Of a stretch of DNA of 64,000 nucleotides, positions 9,022 through 20,896 are shown piece after piece. The position numbers and the translations under genes were made by a program. The notes below the pieces were generated by a model. That model was given only the letters and a program-made list of their open reading frames with translations. It ran no database searches and was not told where the DNA came from. The stretch's first letter is position 1, and every line of letters begins with the position of its first letter. Source of the DNA: Bradymonadia bacterium (GTDB taxonomy: Bacteria > Myxococcota_A > Bradymonadia > UBA7976 > UBA1532); the NCBI GenBank assembly GCA_046290225.1, contig JBKAGE010000046.1, positions 1-64,000 of the forward strand, read 5' to 3'.

Positions 9022-9279
9022 GATGGAGACTCCAATTTTTTGACCGCATCCAGGTGACCGTCAGCCTCTGGCTCTCACGAGCCTGCTCCCTTCACTCCGG
9101 CGACCATCACGACACAATCGGGACGCCTCGCGCGACTCAGGGGCTCTCGGTCACCCGTCAGTGATCGGGTGAAATGTGCCGGCAGCGCCGGCCTTTGAAT
9201 CTGTGTTCAGAGCTTTCGCTCTTACCCAGCCTCGAAGCGCGCGCTCAGGAGGCCGAGTGAAAAATTCGCCGCCCTTTTA

Positions 9280-10038
9280 TCAGTGATCGTGCTCGATGGC
9301 CAGCGCGATATACACCGTGCTCAACATGCAGAACACCAGGGTCTGGACCACGCACACCAGCGTGCCCAGAACCAAGATCGGAATCGGGACGATGAGGGGC
9401 ACGAGGCCAAGGAAAATGGCCAGCACCTTGTGGTCACCAAACATGTTGCCCATGAGGCGCAGGGCCAGGCTCGCGGGACGCGCGAAGTGGCTCACCAGCT
9501 CGATGGGCAGCATGAGGGGGGCCAGGGCCGGCACAGGGCCCAGGAAGTGCTTGAAGTATGCCATGCCGTGCTCCTTCACCCCGTAGATGTGGGTGGCGAA
9601 GAAGACCACGATGGAGCAGGCCAGCGTGGTGGACAGCACGTCGGTGGCGGGCAGGAAGCCCGGGACCAGACCGAAGAGGTTCGAGAACAGGATGAAGAAG
9701 GCCAGGGTGCCGATCAGGGGCAGGAAGTGGCGTGCCGCCTTCTCGGGCATGATGCCCTTCATCATGCCCAGCACCGCGCCGGAGATGATCTCCACGATGC
9801 CCCGAGCGTTCAGCTTGTCGCTGGGGATCACCCCGCCGTCCTTGTCGGCGGCCACGGCGGCCTTGTAGCGCAAGCCCAGGAAAATGAGCAGGCCGAAGAC
9901 CACGAGGGCCATGACCACGTGGCCCAGACCGTGGATCTCCTCACCGTCGAGGTAGCTCTTGCCCAGGCCGTGGGCCACGGTGTGCTCGAGGTTCTTGAAC
10001 CCCGGCAGCAGGTGGAACCAAGTATCGTGCTCACCCAT
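9280..10038 (-). CDS. atpB: F0 ATP synthase subunit a
   Basis: SNLFGLVPG, PIELVSHFARPASLALRLMGNMFGDH, VQTLVFCMLSTVY. Confidence 0.95.
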   Translation of the reverse strand: MGEHDTWFHLLPGFKNLEHTVAHGLGKSYLDGEEIHGLGHVVMALVVFGLLIFLGLRYKAAVAADKDGGVIPSDKLNARGIVEIISGAVLGMMKGIMPEKAARHFLPLIGTLAFFILFSNLFGLVPGFLPATDVLSTTLACSIVVFFATHIYGVKEHGMAYFKHFLGPVPALAPLMLPIELVSHFARPASLALRLMGNMFGDHKVLAIFLGLVPLIVPIPILVLGTLVCVVQTLVFCMLSTVYIALAIEHDH

Positions 10039-10528
10039 GGTGTACGGCATCCTCTGCGGCGCTGTCGCCGCCATCGTCGAACCCGACCTCGTCGAGCTGG
10101 CTCTGGTCGAACTCCCCTTGGGGGAGCGCAGGACCGAACACAGCCGAGGCCATGATCATCACCACCACCACCGACACGCCTGCGAGCAGGGCGATGGGGT
10201 GGACCGGCAAATAGTGCAAAGACAAAAAGATGATTGCGCCCAGGGCCGCGAGCTTGAGCAGCAGCGCCACGAGGGCTGTGGCGCGGCCCTTGCCCGGGCG
10301 GTTGAGTACCCGCCACATCAGGCGGCGCATCAGCCAGAAGTTCCCTACCCCGAGCACGACGCCGAGGGCCGAGCCCACGATCATCGACAGCTCGCCGGTC
10401 ACGGCAAAGCCACCCACCACCAATGCGCCGAGCACCAACCCACGGGTCATCACCCAGTGCAGCAACGGATCGTGCATCTCGTCGGCCTGGGCTGCTGGGT
10501 TGGAGGTGGTCATGGCGACGGTGCTCAT
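10031..10528 (-). CDS. atpI: ATP synthase subunit I (AtpI-like membrane protein)
   Basis: Four hydrophobic segments with G..LG..NF motif, between atpZ-like and atpB, overlapping both. Confidence 0.8.
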   Translation of the reverse strand: MSTVAMTTSNPAAQADEMHDPLLHWVMTRGLVLGALVVGGFAVTGELSMIVGSALGVVLGVGNFWLMRRLMWRVLNRPGKGRATALVALLLKLAALGAIIFLSLHYLPVHPIALLAGVSVVVVMIMASAVFGPALPQGEFDQSQLDEVGFDDGGDSAAEDAVHHG

Positions 10529-10845
10529 TCTTTGGGGTCGTGCTGTTCCGGGCCGTTGTACTCGGTGTTCAGGGCGCCTTCTCGCTCGGCGGCCTCTCGC
10601 TCGGCGTCTCGCATGATGGACATGCTCACCTGAATCAGGGATTTCAGCCCTGCGGCGAAGCCGATGATCACGCCGATGATGGTGCCCCAGGGGGCAAAAT
10701 CGAACTTGCCCTCGAGCCACGAGCCGGCGAGATAACCGATGACCACCGAGACGCCGAACTCAATGCCGACGCTGGCATATCGCGCGCCTTTATAGGCGCG
10801 GTTGACCTTTCGATCCAGTCTCTCGTGCTCGGGGCGCTCACCCAT
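10525..10845 (-). CDS. AtpZ/AtpI family small membrane protein
   Basis: SVGIEFGVSVVIGYLAGSWLE...PWG.IIG.IIGFAAG, first gene of the F0 cluster. Confidence 0.85.
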   Translation of the reverse strand: MGERPEHERLDRKVNRAYKGARYASVGIEFGVSVVIGYLAGSWLEGKFDFAPWGTIIGVIIGFAAGLKSLIQVSMSIMRDAEREAAEREGALNTEYNGPEQHDPKE

Positions 10846-10884
10846 GGAGGCCTCGCAAGCACACAGTGGCCAGATCTGCTTTGA

Positions 10885-12180
10885 TCACAGTGCCTTGACC
10901 GCCTCACGTGCTGCAGCGAGGGTGGCCTCGATCTCTGCCTCTCCGTGTACCGCAGAGACGAAACAGGCCTCGTACCCGCTCGGGGGCAGGTAGATGCCGG
11001 CGTCGAGCATGGCCCGATGGAACCGCCCGAAGCGCGCGTGATCGGCTGCAGAGACGTCGCTGAAGTTCATCACCGGCTGCTCGGTGAAGAACACAGTGAA
11101 CATGCTGCCCACCCGCTGCACGCTCACGGGCACGTTGGCCTCGCCGAAGACCTGCTCCAGACCAGCGCACAGCTCGGCAGAGGTCTTCTCCAGGCGAGGG
11201 TAGAGGCCGGGATCGTCGAGCAGGCTCAACGTGGCCATGCCCGCGGCGGTGGCCACGGGGTTCCCGCTCAGCGTGCCCGCCTGGTAGACGGCGCCCAGGG
11301 GTGAGACGTGGCGCATGAACTCCGCCTTACCGCCATAGACGGCCAGAGGCATGCCGCCGCCGACGATTTTGCCGAGGCAGGTCAGGTCGGGCTCGATGCC
11401 GTAGAGGCCCTGGGCCCCACCACGAGAGACGCGGAAACCGGTCATCACCTCGTCGATGAGCAGCGCAGCCCCATGTTGACGGGGGATCTCCACCAGAGCC
11501 TTGCGGAAAGCCTCGGTGGGCTCGATGACCCCCATGTTGCCGGTGACCAGCTCCAGGGCCACGCACGCGATCTGGTCGCCCTTGTCGGCGAAGGCCTGGG
11601 CCAGTGCTTCATGGTCGTTGAAGGGCAGCGTGAGGGTCAGCTCGGCGAGGGCGCTGGGCACCCCGGCGCTGTCGGGCTCGCCGAAGGTGGCCAGGCCGCT
11701 GCCAGCCTTCACCAGGAAGCTGTCGGCGTGGCCGTGGTAGCAGCCCTCGAACTTGATGACGATGTTGCGGCCCGTGGCGCCACGGGCGACGCGGAGGGCC
11801 GACATGGTGGCCTCAGTGCCGCTGTTCACCAGCCGCAGCATCTCCATGCCAGGGAAGAAGTCGCGGATCCGCTCGGCCATGTCGACCTCACGGGCGGTGG
11901 GGGCACCAAAGCTGGTGCCCTTCCTGGCGGCCTCGCAGATGGCGTCCACCACCTTGGGGTGACTGTGGCCGAGAATGGCCGGGCCCCAAGTGCCCACGTA
12001 GTCGATGTACTCGTTGCCATCGACGTCGGTGATGCGGCAACCCTCGGCGCTGGCGATGAAGGGCGGGCGGCCCCCCACAGCGCGGAAGGCCCGGACCGGG
12101 CTGTTCACGCCGCCGGGCATCAGCCCCTCGGCACGGTTCAACAGGTTGGCACTCTCGGTGTAGCTGCGGCTGGCCGGCAT
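10885..12180 (-). CDS. hemL: Glutamate-1-semialdehyde 2,1-aminomutase
   Basis: MPGGVNSPVRAF, NSGTEATMSALR, FEGCYHGH, DEVMTGFR, GKIVGGGMP, YQAGTLSGNP; GGGAGG RBS before ATG 12180. Confidence 0.97.
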   Translation of the reverse strand: MPASRSYTESANLLNRAEGLMPGGVNSPVRAFRAVGGRPPFIASAEGCRITDVDGNEYIDYVGTWGPAILGHSHPKVVDAICEAARKGTSFGAPTAREVDMAERIRDFFPGMEMLRLVNSGTEATMSALRVARGATGRNIVIKFEGCYHGHADSFLVKAGSGLATFGEPDSAGVPSALAELTLTLPFNDHEALAQAFADKGDQIACVALELVTGNMGVIEPTEAFRKALVEIPRQHGAALLIDEVMTGFRVSRGGAQGLYGIEPDLTCLGKIVGGGMPLAVYGGKAEFMRHVSPLGAVYQAGTLSGNPVATAAGMATLSLLDDPGLYPRLEKTSAELCAGLEQVFGEANVPVSVQRVGSMFTVFFTEQPVMNFSDVSAADHARFGRFHRAMLDAGIYLPPSGYEACFVSAVHGEAEIEATLAAAREAVKAL

Positions 12181-12300
12181 TTCCCCTCCCAGAGACGTAG
12201 CAGGGGCGACCAATGTAGAGGTGGGATGGCCCCTGAGCGGCGGGGCCTTATAGCAATTGCCTGTTGGAGAGGCAATGGGGCCGGCGATCACCGTGAGGCA

Positions 12301-14904
<2,604 letters not shown>

Positions 14905-14948
14905 CTGGTGCTCCGATTGTCGAATCGACATCTATGTGCAACCGCACG

Positions 14949-14977
14949 GTTCTACCTCTCATCGCCCCGTGAGTCAA
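14949..14977 (-). promoter_or_regulatory. Putative sigma70-type promoter of gyrA
   Basis: TTGACT-N17-TAGAAC on the minus strand, 45-73 nt upstream of ATG 14904. Confidence 0.55.
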
Positions 14978-15084
14978 TTTATTTCGTGCGCACGCACGCG
15001 TGCGCGCGCCCACGCGTGCGTAGGGATCCTGGGGTCAGCGAGACGCCCTCTGCCCTCTCTTCCCGAGCGCTGTGGAAGATCTCC

Positions 15085-15130
15085 ACACCTCGATGTGGAG
15101 AACCTCGACACCTCGATGTGGAGAACCTCT
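15085..15130. repeat. 23-bp tandem duplication containing DnaA-box-like TGTGGAGAA
   Basis: ACACCTCGATGTGGAGAACCTCG followed by ACACCTCGATGTGGAGAACCTCT. Confidence 0.85.
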
Positions 15131-15184
15131 ACACTCAGAGCCGCCACCACTCATAACCCCCTGAAATTACGAAATCGGCCTCGC

Positions 15185-15200
15185 TGGCATATGGCCTGCT
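15185..15200 (+). promoter_or_regulatory. Putative sigma54 (-24/-12) promoter of the ECF sigma gene
   Basis: TGGCAT-ATGGC-CTGCT with GG-N10-GC spacing, 39 nt before the start codon. Confidence 0.55.
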
Positions 15201-15238
15201 CATGCCCTGATGCACCTCACCGCACTCAGGAGCTCGCC

Positions 15239-15826
15239 ATGAAGACCCTCACCACCAGCCCCCGCACCGCCCGTTTCTGCGCCCTCCTCGCCCCTCACGA
15301 GAGGACGATGTACGGGCTGGCGAGCAAGATGATCGGCGACGCCGAGCTGGCCACCGATCTGGTGCAGGAGGCCACCCTCAAAGCCTTCATGGCCTTCGAT
15401 CGCTACGACGACACACGCCCCATCCGCCCCTGGCTGTGCAGCATCGTCCACAACACCTGCATCAACGAGCTGCGCCGCAGAGCCCGTGAGCGACGCCTGC
15501 GAGCAGAGCTGGTACGCCTCGACCTTCAACGGGCCGACGGCGTGGGTGATGCCGAGCTGCGCCTCTTCGCCCGCACGCTCTCTGCTCCAGTCATCCGCGC
15601 CCTGACTGCGCTCCCAGCCCAGCAACGAGAGGCCGTGCTGATGATCGACATCTGGGGATACAGCTACGACGAGGTGGCGACGCACCAGGATTGTCCGAAG
15701 GGCACAATCATGAGCCGTCTCCATCGGGGGCGTGAGCGGCTCAAACGAGCGCTTCGCGGATACGCCCGGGCTCAGGGGATCAGTCAACGGCGACGCGGAT
15801 GCCCCAGCGTCGCCGCTGCGGCCTGA
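15239..15826 (+). CDS. ECF-family RNA polymerase sigma factor
   Basis: Region 2 A.DLVQEA.LKAF...PWL..I..N..IN, region 4 SYDEVA...CPKGTIMSRLHRGR; AGGAG RBS. Confidence 0.92.
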   Translation: MKTLTTSPRTARFCALLAPHERTMYGLASKMIGDAELATDLVQEATLKAFMAFDRYDDTRPIRPWLCSIVHNTCINELRRRARERRLRAELVRLDLQRADGVGDAELRLFARTLSAPVIRALTALPAQQREAVLMIDIWGYSYDEVATHQDCPKGTIMSRLHRGRERLKRALRGYARAQGISQRRRGCPSVAAAA

Positions 15827-15835
15827 GGCGCTGGG

Positions 15836-17251
15836 CTATCCCTGATAGAGCCGAGCGATGCGGGCCTCTCCATCGTACACCGTGATGTTCCGAGACTCCG
15901 ACACGGTGACCCGGCCAGGACCCGCACCGACGACAGCACGCACATGCTTGCGCCGCGCCACCATCACGTCCGCAGGCCACTCCCCTTTCAGCTTGCTGTG
16001 ATGCACCGCCAGAGCGGCGGCATCGAGCAGGGTCTCCGGGTGTGGGTCCTGGCCCTTCTTCGGGCATGGCGCAATGACGTGGGATCCAGCGGCGTCCCTC
16101 ACGTGCAACCACTGGTCATTGCCCCGTGCGTGGTGAAATGTGGTGGCGTGATTGTCAGCGCCACCACGGCCGACCCAGATCAGCTCTCCGGCCTTGCTCG
16201 TGAACGCTCTGAAAGGCCGCCTGGGGGCATGTTCCGCTCTGCCCTTGCCCTGCCCCTGGGGTCGACGCTTGAGCAGCCCTGCGGCACGCAGAGCGGCCTC
16301 GGTCTCTTCCAAGCTCAGCCCCGCTTCGTCGATGGACTCCACGGTGATGAGCTGTTCGAGGGTCTGGCTTTGTCGCTCGGCGATGCGCGCTGCGCCAGCC
16401 TTGCTCTTCTTGTAGCGGGCGAACAGCCGCTGCACGTTCTCGGGGCCATCGAGCCGGGCATCGAGGGCGATCTCCACCCACGGTGCCCCTTCGGCATACC
16501 AGTCTTGTACCTTCACCATCTCCATGCCCCGCTGGACGAGATGAAGCTGACCCTTGAGCAACTCACCCCGACGTTGGAGCGTTTCAGCGTCGCCGTGACG
16601 CTCCACGTCGGCTTCGAGACGCGCCAGCAACCGACTCAGCCGTTTGTGCGTGTCTTTGATGAGCTGAGCCCTCTGTCGCTCGGCCTGCGCCACAGCGTGG
16701 GCGGTGATGCGTTGCTGCGCCCACGCCTCCACAGCTCTGGCCGGGTGTGCCTCGTCAGATCCCACCACCTTGAGGGACACCTGTGAATGCGGGCGAGTGG
16801 CCACAGGTGTGTAGGGCATCCCGGTGGCCACTTCGGGTCGGTGACTGGGACGCGCCATCGCCACCACCCGACCCTCTCGATCGATGCCGTAGAGATTGGG
16901 CTGGCGACCAAAGAGCTCGGCAATGATCCTGCCTTCATCGAAACGCAACGTGACGATGCGTTCACCTTCGATGTGGTCGAGTCCTCTCAGCGCCCGCCCT
17001 GAGCACACAGATCGCGCCCATTGAGCCAGGGCCGGCGGGCTTTTGGGCACAGCCCCTTTCTCCGCCGACTCGCCGAGTCGGGGGGCCACAGGATCTGCGC
17101 TGAGTACGAGCCAGGTGGCCCCGGTGACCGGGCGCCAGATTTGGAACACGAGGGTGCCATCGAGGCGTTGATAGATACGCTGTGCCTGGCCACCCTCCAC
17201 TCGGGGGCGCAGATCGTCGGCTACAGCTTTAAGATCAGCGGCGGTGAGCAT
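15836..17251 (-). CDS. NFACT family protein (RqcH/FbpA-like)
   Basis: ELFGRQPN, coiled coil, I.LD..L...ENVQRLF.RYKK, NFACT-R domain IWVGR...DN...WLHVRDAAGSHV. Confidence 0.88.
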   Translation of the reverse strand: MLTAADLKAVADDLRPRVEGGQAQRIYQRLDGTLVFQIWRPVTGATWLVLSADPVAPRLGESAEKGAVPKSPPALAQWARSVCSGRALRGLDHIEGERIVTLRFDEGRIIAELFGRQPNLYGIDREGRVVAMARPSHRPEVATGMPYTPVATRPHSQVSLKVVGSDEAHPARAVEAWAQQRITAHAVAQAERQRAQLIKDTHKRLSRLLARLEADVERHGDAETLQRRGELLKGQLHLVQRGMEMVKVQDWYAEGAPWVEIALDARLDGPENVQRLFARYKKSKAGAARIAERQSQTLEQLITVESIDEAGLSLEETEAALRAAGLLKRRPQGQGKGRAEHAPRRPFRAFTSKAGELIWVGRGGADNHATTFHHARGNDQWLHVRDAAGSHVIAPCPKKGQDPHPETLLDAAALAVHHSKLKGEWPADVMVARRKHVRAVVGAGPGRVTVSESRNITVYDGEARIARLYQG

Positions 17252-17334
17252 CGTTTACCTTGCGGCAGACCAGTGATACATGTCGCCGGTTGCCGAATCT
17301 TCTGTATCGCATCATCGAAGGAGCCGAAGTCTAT

Positions 17335-18807
17335 ATGCGCCAGCCCACGATCAGCCACGCCAACGTCGCCAGCACCGCTTTTTCTGGAGGCCTTCTGGCC
17401 CTGGGGCGCCTCGCCGACGCTGCGCCGAGCGCAGCGGAGCAGGCGGTAGACCAGGCCCTCAACGGCGCCCTCGCCGCCGCCGCAACCCGGCAGAAGTTCA
17501 TGGGGAAGCCTGGGCAGGTTGTCGCCCTCGACACTCTGGGGCAGATCGGCGCCACCCGCGTGGTGCTCATCGGCCTGGGCAAGGCAGAGGATGCACCGGT
17601 CAACCTGCGAGACTACGCCACGGCAGCAGCCCAGCAGGCCCTCAGCGCGCGCCTCGAGACCGTGGGTCTCACCCTGGTGAACGGCGCAGATGATGCTCAG
17701 GCCCTCACCGAAGGCGCGATCCTCGGCACCTACACCTTCGACACCTTCAAGAAGCAGGATCCCAACGAGCCTGCCCCTGCGGTCACCGAAGTGACCCTGC
17801 TCGGTGACGGCATCGACGCCGCTGCCATCGAGACGGGCAAGATCCTCGCCGATGCGGTTTCCCTCGCCCGCGACCTGCTCAACGAGCCCGCCCACGCCTG
17901 CACACCCCAGCGCCTCGCCGACGTGGCCCGGGAGATCGGGCAGCACGAGCACTGCACCCTGACCATCTTCGGCCGCGACGAGTTGGAGAAGCGGGGCTGG
18001 GGTGGCTTCGAGGCCGTGGCCCGCGGCGCCACCCGGGAGCCGCAGTTCATCCACATCAACTACGCACCTCCCGGCACCAAGCCCGAAGATGCCCTGGCCC
18101 TCGTGGGTAAGGGCATCACTTTCGATGCCGGTGGTCTGAGCCTCAAGCCCACCAAGTCCATGATCGAGATGCACATGGACATGGGCGGTGCCGCGGCGGT
18201 GCTCGGCGCCATGAAGGCCATCGTGGAGACGGGGCTGCCCATCGCGGTCCACGGCATCGTCGGCGCCTGTGAGAACATGCCCGGCGCCAACGCCTACCGC
18301 CCCAGCGACATCCTCACCATCAGCAACGGCAAGACCGTCGAGGTGCTCAACACCGACGCCGAGGGCCGCCTGGTGCTCTCCGACTGCCTGCACTACGCCG
18401 AGGGTCTCAAGCCCAAGTCCATCATCGACCTGGCCACCCTCACCGGCGCCTGCCTCGTGGCTCTGGGGCCGTACTACGCCGGTGTCTTCTCCGACGATGA
18501 AGGCCTCGTCGACGCTGTGAACGCCGCAGCGAAGACCTCTGGTGAGCTGTTCTGGCGCCTGCCCATGGATCGCAAGGTGGGCAAGAGCCTGAAGAGCAAG
18601 CGGGCCGACGTGGCCAACATCGGCGGCCCCTGGGGCGGCTCCATCACCGCGGCCCTGTTCCTCTCGGAGTTCGTCGAGAGCACCCCCTGGCTGCACCTCG
18701 ACATTGCCGGCCCCACCATGGCCGACAAGGATGACGGCTACGTCAAGGCCGGCGGTACGGGCTTCGCCGTGCTCACCTTGCATGCCCTCGCCGCCGCTGG
18801 GGTATAA
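17335..18807 (+). CDS. pepA: Leucyl aminopeptidase (M17)
   Basis: LVGKGITFDAGG, DMGGAAAV, VEVLNTDAEGRLVL, DLATLTGAC, WLHLDIAG. Confidence 0.95.
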   Translation: MRQPTISHANVASTAFSGGLLALGRLADAAPSAAEQAVDQALNGALAAAATRQKFMGKPGQVVALDTLGQIGATRVVLIGLGKAEDAPVNLRDYATAAAQQALSARLETVGLTLVNGADDAQALTEGAILGTYTFDTFKKQDPNEPAPAVTEVTLLGDGIDAAAIETGKILADAVSLARDLLNEPAHACTPQRLADVAREIGQHEHCTLTIFGRDELEKRGWGGFEAVARGATREPQFIHINYAPPGTKPEDALALVGKGITFDAGGLSLKPTKSMIEMHMDMGGAAAVLGAMKAIVETGLPIAVHGIVGACENMPGANAYRPSDILTISNGKTVEVLNTDAEGRLVLSDCLHYAEGLKPKSIIDLATLTGACLVALGPYYAGVFSDDEGLVDAVNAAAKTSGELFWRLPMDRKVGKSLKSKRADVANIGGPWGGSITAALFLSEFVESTPWLHLDIAGPTMADKDDGYVKAGGTGFAVLTLHALAAAGV

Positions 18808-18816
18808 CCTCTGGTC

Positions 18817-20220
18817 GTGTACCGAAGATCCCACCGCCTGACTCTGCGCAGCCTCTCTTCGAGCCTGATCTTCGGGCTCGCGCTGCTGTGCATGCCATGC
18901 TCTGTGCAGGCAGACTCTCTGGGCCCCGCCCCCATCGCAGTCCCCACTGTGGAAGCGATCCGCATCGCCGGCGTCAGCCGACTGCGGAAGGCCACCGCGG
19001 CCTCTCTGATCAAGATCCCCATCGGCAGCCCCCTCGACGAGGGCGAGGTCAATGAGGCCCGACTGCGCATGCTGGCCACGGGGCTGTTCCAGTCGGTCTC
19101 CACCCGACTGACCAAAGGATCTGCCCGCGGTCAGGTGGTGGTCGTCTTCGACTGCGAAGAGCGATCGACCGTGAGCCTCGACGCGCTCCACTTCGGTCAA
19201 GCGCGACCCAGTGGGCTCTGGATAGGCGCCGAGGCCTCGGATCGCGATCCCTTCGGGGTCGGGGTCTCGCCTTCGGTGGGTTTCGTCTCCAGCGGCGAGC
19301 AGAACGCAGGCCGCTTGTCGCTGAGGGGCTTTCGGCTGCTCGAAGATCAGCTGGGGCTCTCGATGAGCCTCCGCTGGCTCAGCGCCCTTGAGCCCATGGT
19401 GGGGCCTGCTTCGCAGCGCCTCGAAGGGCGCACGGTCAGTCACGTCGACTTGCCTTATCGGCGCCTCGGCGGCTCCATGAGCCTCGACGTCAGCCCCATG
19501 CCGCTGGTGACGCTGCACCTGACCCTCGGGGTGGACCACATCGACGCCGAGGTCCCCGAAGACGCCGAGTCTGTCGCCGCGGGGGGTGAGGCCACCCCCT
19601 TCGACTTCATGCTGGAAGATGGCGGCTCGTGGCTGCTCACGGGGCGATTCTCTGCCGCCCTGGACACCCGAGACGACCCAGCGTCGCCTCACCGCGGCAT
19701 GCGGCTGGGCCTCGAGGTGAACGGTGGTGTCATCGACTACCCCTTCGTGGGCGTGCTCCTGGGCTTCGAGCACTTCGCTCCCCTGCCCTTCGGCCATGTT
19801 CTGCAATCCCATGTGCGCATGGGAGGGGTCCACGGAGATGCGCCCTTCTTCGAGCGCTTCTTCATCGGCGATCTGCACTCCTATGTGCCTGGCAGAGTGC
19901 TGGGCCTCAACTTCGCCCGCCGTCGAGGGCCCCTCATCCTCGGCGGGCCCATGGGCGAGCAGCGCTACGAGCGCGTCGCCGGCCGGGCAGGCCTCGAGTA
20001 CCGACTGCCCCTCGGTGATCCGGAGCCCTACCCCGTAGAGCTGTTCCTCGGCGGCGCCGGGGTGAGCCTCTTCAGCCCCGAAGAGTGGGCGGATCGTCCC
20101 ATCGACGCTCCCAAGGGTCTGCCCATCGACGTGGTCTTCGACATCGGACTGCGCATCGAATCCGAGATCGGGGTGGTGGGCCTGAGCCTCTCCAGCATCT
20201 TCATCATCTCGGAGCCTTGA
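18817..20220 (+). CDS. BamA/TamA (Omp85) family outer-membrane protein, one POTRA plus barrel
   Basis: Signal-like N-terminus, POTRA (I.I.G....L.ATGLFQSV), LDTRDDP.SP.RG, PFFERFFIG. Confidence 0.75.
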   Translation: MYRRSHRLTLRSLSSSLIFGLALLCMPCSVQADSLGPAPIAVPTVEAIRIAGVSRLRKATAASLIKIPIGSPLDEGEVNEARLRMLATGLFQSVSTRLTKGSARGQVVVVFDCEERSTVSLDALHFGQARPSGLWIGAEASDRDPFGVGVSPSVGFVSSGEQNAGRLSLRGFRLLEDQLGLSMSLRWLSALEPMVGPASQRLEGRTVSHVDLPYRRLGGSMSLDVSPMPLVTLHLTLGVDHIDAEVPEDAESVAAGGEATPFDFMLEDGGSWLLTGRFSAALDTRDDPASPHRGMRLGLEVNGGVIDYPFVGVLLGFEHFAPLPFGHVLQSHVRMGGVHGDAPFFERFFIGDLHSYVPGRVLGLNFARRRGPLILGGPMGEQRYERVAGRAGLEYRLPLGDPEPYPVELFLGGAGVSLFSPEEWADRPIDAPKGLPIDVVFDIGLRIESEIGVVGLSLSSIFIISEP

Positions 20221-20223
20221 TCC

Positions 20224-20883
20224 GTGGTCACTCTGCTCCTCATCTGGGCCCTCGCGGCTCCAGGGCAGCCGGCCTTCTGGATGGAGAGGGACGGGACCAC
20301 CTTGCGCTGCTCGGCCAACCTGAAGGCCATGAGCGACGAGGCCCTGGTGGAGAAGTTGAAGAGCGGCCTCACCACCACCCTGAGGCTGAAGCTCGAGCTG
20401 GTGCACGTAGACTCCGGCGAGATCAGGGGCTACACCACCCGCATCGCCCGGGCGCGGTGGGATCTCTGGGACGAAGAGCTCTATGTGGAGTTCGAGACGC
20501 CAGGCCCCTTCGGCGCCTCAGGCACCGCCCGAGCCCGCTTCAAAGATGCCGACAGCTTCCTCGAACGCATGACGCGCTTCCGCGCCTCGCCCATCGCCAA
20601 AGAGGTCGCCATCACCCCGGCGGTCTATACGGTCCGGGCGGTGTTGCAGGTGAACCCCCTCACCGCTGAGCAGCTCGCCCGCACCCGACAGTGGCTGTGG
20701 GCCTCCGAGGACGGCAGCCTTGACCCCTTGGCCCGAGGTCTCTTCGGCTCCTTCGTCAGGCTCTTCGAAAACTTCAAGACCGGCGCAGCGGAGCGCACCC
20801 TCAAAGCGAGCAGTCAGGCCTTCCGGGCCGATCGCTTGCAGTTCTACTCCCCCACCCGAAGGTCACCAGATCAGGGGCCTTGA
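20224..20883 (+). CDS. DUF4390-like periplasmic protein
   Basis: Signal peptide, LKSGLTT...RWDLWDEE.Y motif, position upstream of an NtrY-like kinase. Confidence 0.6.
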   Translation: MVTLLLIWALAAPGQPAFWMERDGTTLRCSANLKAMSDEALVEKLKSGLTTTLRLKLELVHVDSGEIRGYTTRIARARWDLWDEELYVEFETPGPFGASGTARARFKDADSFLERMTRFRASPIAKEVAITPAVYTVRAVLQVNPLTAEQLARTRQWLWASEDGSLDPLARGLFGSFVRLFENFKTGAAERTLKASSQAFRADRLQFYSPTRRSPDQGP

Positions 20884-20896
20884 GCGCGGAGGCGGC

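Noticed and set aside
8536..9057. 173-aa plus-strand ORF
   Set aside because: Antisense to atpE and running through a repeat element
8719..12180. F0 cluster lacking atpF and F1 genes, downstream of hemL
   Set aside because: Split atp operons are usual in deltaproteobacterial lineages
15085..15134. Possible mini-CRISPR
   Set aside because: Two adjacent 23-bp units with no spacers and no cas genes
17221..20406. 1061-aa minus-strand ORF
   Set aside because: Antisense shadow across pepA and the Omp85 gene, which are in the same frame
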